Below are positions 19,966 to 21,102 of a stretch of DNA of 21,102 nucleotides, one piece after another. Within the stretch, counting starts at the first letter, position 1, and each line of letters starts with the position of its first letter. The notes beneath the pieces are model-generated. The model saw nothing but the letters and a program-made list of their open reading frames with translations, searched no databases and was not told the DNA's origin. The position numbers were made by a program, and so were the translations under genes. Source of the DNA: Candidatus Methylomirabilales bacterium. GTDB taxonomy: Bacteria; Methylomirabilota; Methylomirabilia; Methylomirabilales; CSP1-5. The stretch is from positions 1-21,102 of the forward strand of contig JBHIAH010000045.1 of the NCBI GenBank assembly GCA_046758505.1, read 5' to 3'.

Positions 19966-21102
19966 GCGGCCCCGGTCGGGCGCGGATGGTCTCGTTCTTC
20001 ACTGCCCTGTCCCTCCTTTTGGTCTCTTCCCCCCTTATGGCCCAGGAGGTGGAGTACCGGGGAGGCATTCTGGCCGATCCGCGGACGGTCATCTGGATAG
20101 TGGCCGAGCTCCATCTGATGTTCGGGGCCTTCGTCCTCGGGGTTCCCATCTTCGCCGTCATCGTCGAGATCATCGGGGCGCGGACGAAGGACCCGAGATA
20201 CGACCGGATGGCGCGGGATTTCACCCGGCTCCTCTCAGCGGCCTTTGCGACCACAGCGGCCCTGGGGGGCCTCCTGGCCTTCACCCTCTTCTCCATTTAC
20301 CCGCGGTTCATGGGCTACCTGACGGGCGTCTTCCACAAGACGTTCTATGTCTATGGCCTCCTTTTCTTTGCGGAGACCTTCTGCCTCTATCTCTATTACT
20401 ACTCCTGGGACCGGCTACAGCATCGGAAGGGCCTCCACATCGGGCTCGGAGTTCTTCTGAATCTCGTCGGCACGGCCATCATGATGATCTCCAACTCCTG
20501 GGCGAGTTTCATGATGAGCCCGGTGGGGATCGAGGAGGAGACGGGGAAGTTCGTCGGGACGACCCTCCAGGCCGTGATGAATCCCCTCTGGACGCCGTTG
20601 AACCTCCACCGGATCTTGGGCAACGTGGTCTTCGGGGGGCTGGTGGCGGGCGCATACGCGGCCATCAAGTTCATCGGGGCGAAGACCGAACAGGAGCGGG
20701 CCCACTACGACTGGATGGGATACACGGGCAACTTTGTCGCCATCTCCGCCCTCATCTTCCTTCCCTTTGCCGGCTACTACCTGGGGCGCGAGGTCTACAG
20801 CGCCAGCCCCATCATGGGCAACAACATGATGGGCGGCACGTTTTCCTGGACCTTCATCATCCAGGCGCTCCAGGTCGGCGTGCTCTTTATCATGAGCAAC
20901 TACTATCTCTGGCTCGGGATGGGGCGCATCCCCGGGGCGGAGCGGTATCAGAAATACGTGAAGTACATCAATCTGGTTCTGCTCCTTGCCTTCGCCGTCT
21001 GGTTGACGCCCCACAATCTTCCCCTGAGCTCTGAGGAGCAGATCCTCGTGGGGGGGCAGTATCATCCGGTGCTGAAGTATCTGGGGCTGATGTCAGCCAA
21101 GA
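19962..21102 (+). CDS. Cytochrome bd-like oxidase subunit I (CydA-like, Nitrospira/anammox type); 3' truncated by the window edge
   Basis: Read manually because it is absent from the ORF track. GTG 19962 overlaps the upstream stop (alternative ATG 19986) and the frame is open to the end. IWIVAELHLMFGAFVLGVPIFAVIVE, DPRYDRMA, FFAETF.LY.YYY.WD, NSWASFMMSP, NPLW.PLNLHR.LGN, ERAHYDWMGY.GN, PFAGYYLGREVY, VWLTPH, YHPVL..LG.M.AK. Confidence 0.88.
   Translation, partial: MSGPGRARMVSFFTALSLLLVSSPLMAQEVEYRGGILADPRTVIWIVAELHLMFGAFVLGVPIFAVIVEIIGARTKDPRYDRMARDFTRLLSAAFATTAALGGLLAFTLFSIYPRFMGYLTGVFHKTFYVYGLLFFAETFCLYLYYYSWDRLQHRKGLHIGLGVLLNLVGTAIMMISNSWASFMMSPVGIEEETGKFVGTTLQAVMNPLWTPLNLHRILGNVVFGGLVAGAYAAIKFIGAKTEQERAHYDWMGYTGNFVAISALIFLPFAGYYLGREVYSASPIMGNNMMGGTFSWTFIIQALQVGVLFIMSNYYLWLGMGRIPGAERYQKYVKYINLVLLLAFAVWLTPHNLPLSSEEQILVGGQYHPVLKYLGLMSAK

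Noticed and set aside
19805..21034. 409-aa + strand ORF from the track
   Set aside because: It is a low-complexity Arg/Pro/Gly-rich shadow frame. The real gene is the overlapping frame from 19962 with clear CydA-like motifs.
1..21102. CRISPR array, tRNA/rRNA, transposase or integrase genes, selenocysteine read-through
   Set aside because: No regularly spaced repeats, RNA gene signatures, recombinase motifs or in-frame TGA within the oxidoreductase genes were seen.

Overview
GC-rich bacterial DNA with every supported gene on the + strand, in four blocks. (1) 3' end of an EgtB/SenA-type sulfoxide synthase gene (FGE-sulfatase domain), visibly lower in GC than the rest. (2) A probable catabolic operon: MoaD/ThiS sulfur carrier, a three-subunit molybdopterin oxidoreductase without export signals (catalytic subunit, 4x[4Fe-4S] subunit, NrfD/PsrC anchor; PadBCD-like), a GntR/UTRA regulator and an alpha/beta hydrolase. 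(3) A DevS/DevR (NarX/NarL)-type two-component system, then an iodate reductase-like cluster in the order idrP-idrP-idrB-idrA, then a degenerate Mrp/ApbC protein. (4) An orphan receiver protein, a secreted cupredoxin-like protein, a 51-aa heme-less cytochrome c remnant, a CtaG/Cox11 fusion, and the 5' part of a Nitrospira/anammox-type cytochrome bd-like oxidase subunit that runs off the window. The strongest unexplained signal is a ~80-bp promoter element with DosR-type GGGCC boxes, repeated with conserved spacing upstream of both the idr cluster and block 4. It suggests one regulon coupling an Idr-type oxyanion reductase to a copper/bd-like oxidase module. All family assignments come from motif recognition and recall, not from database searches.
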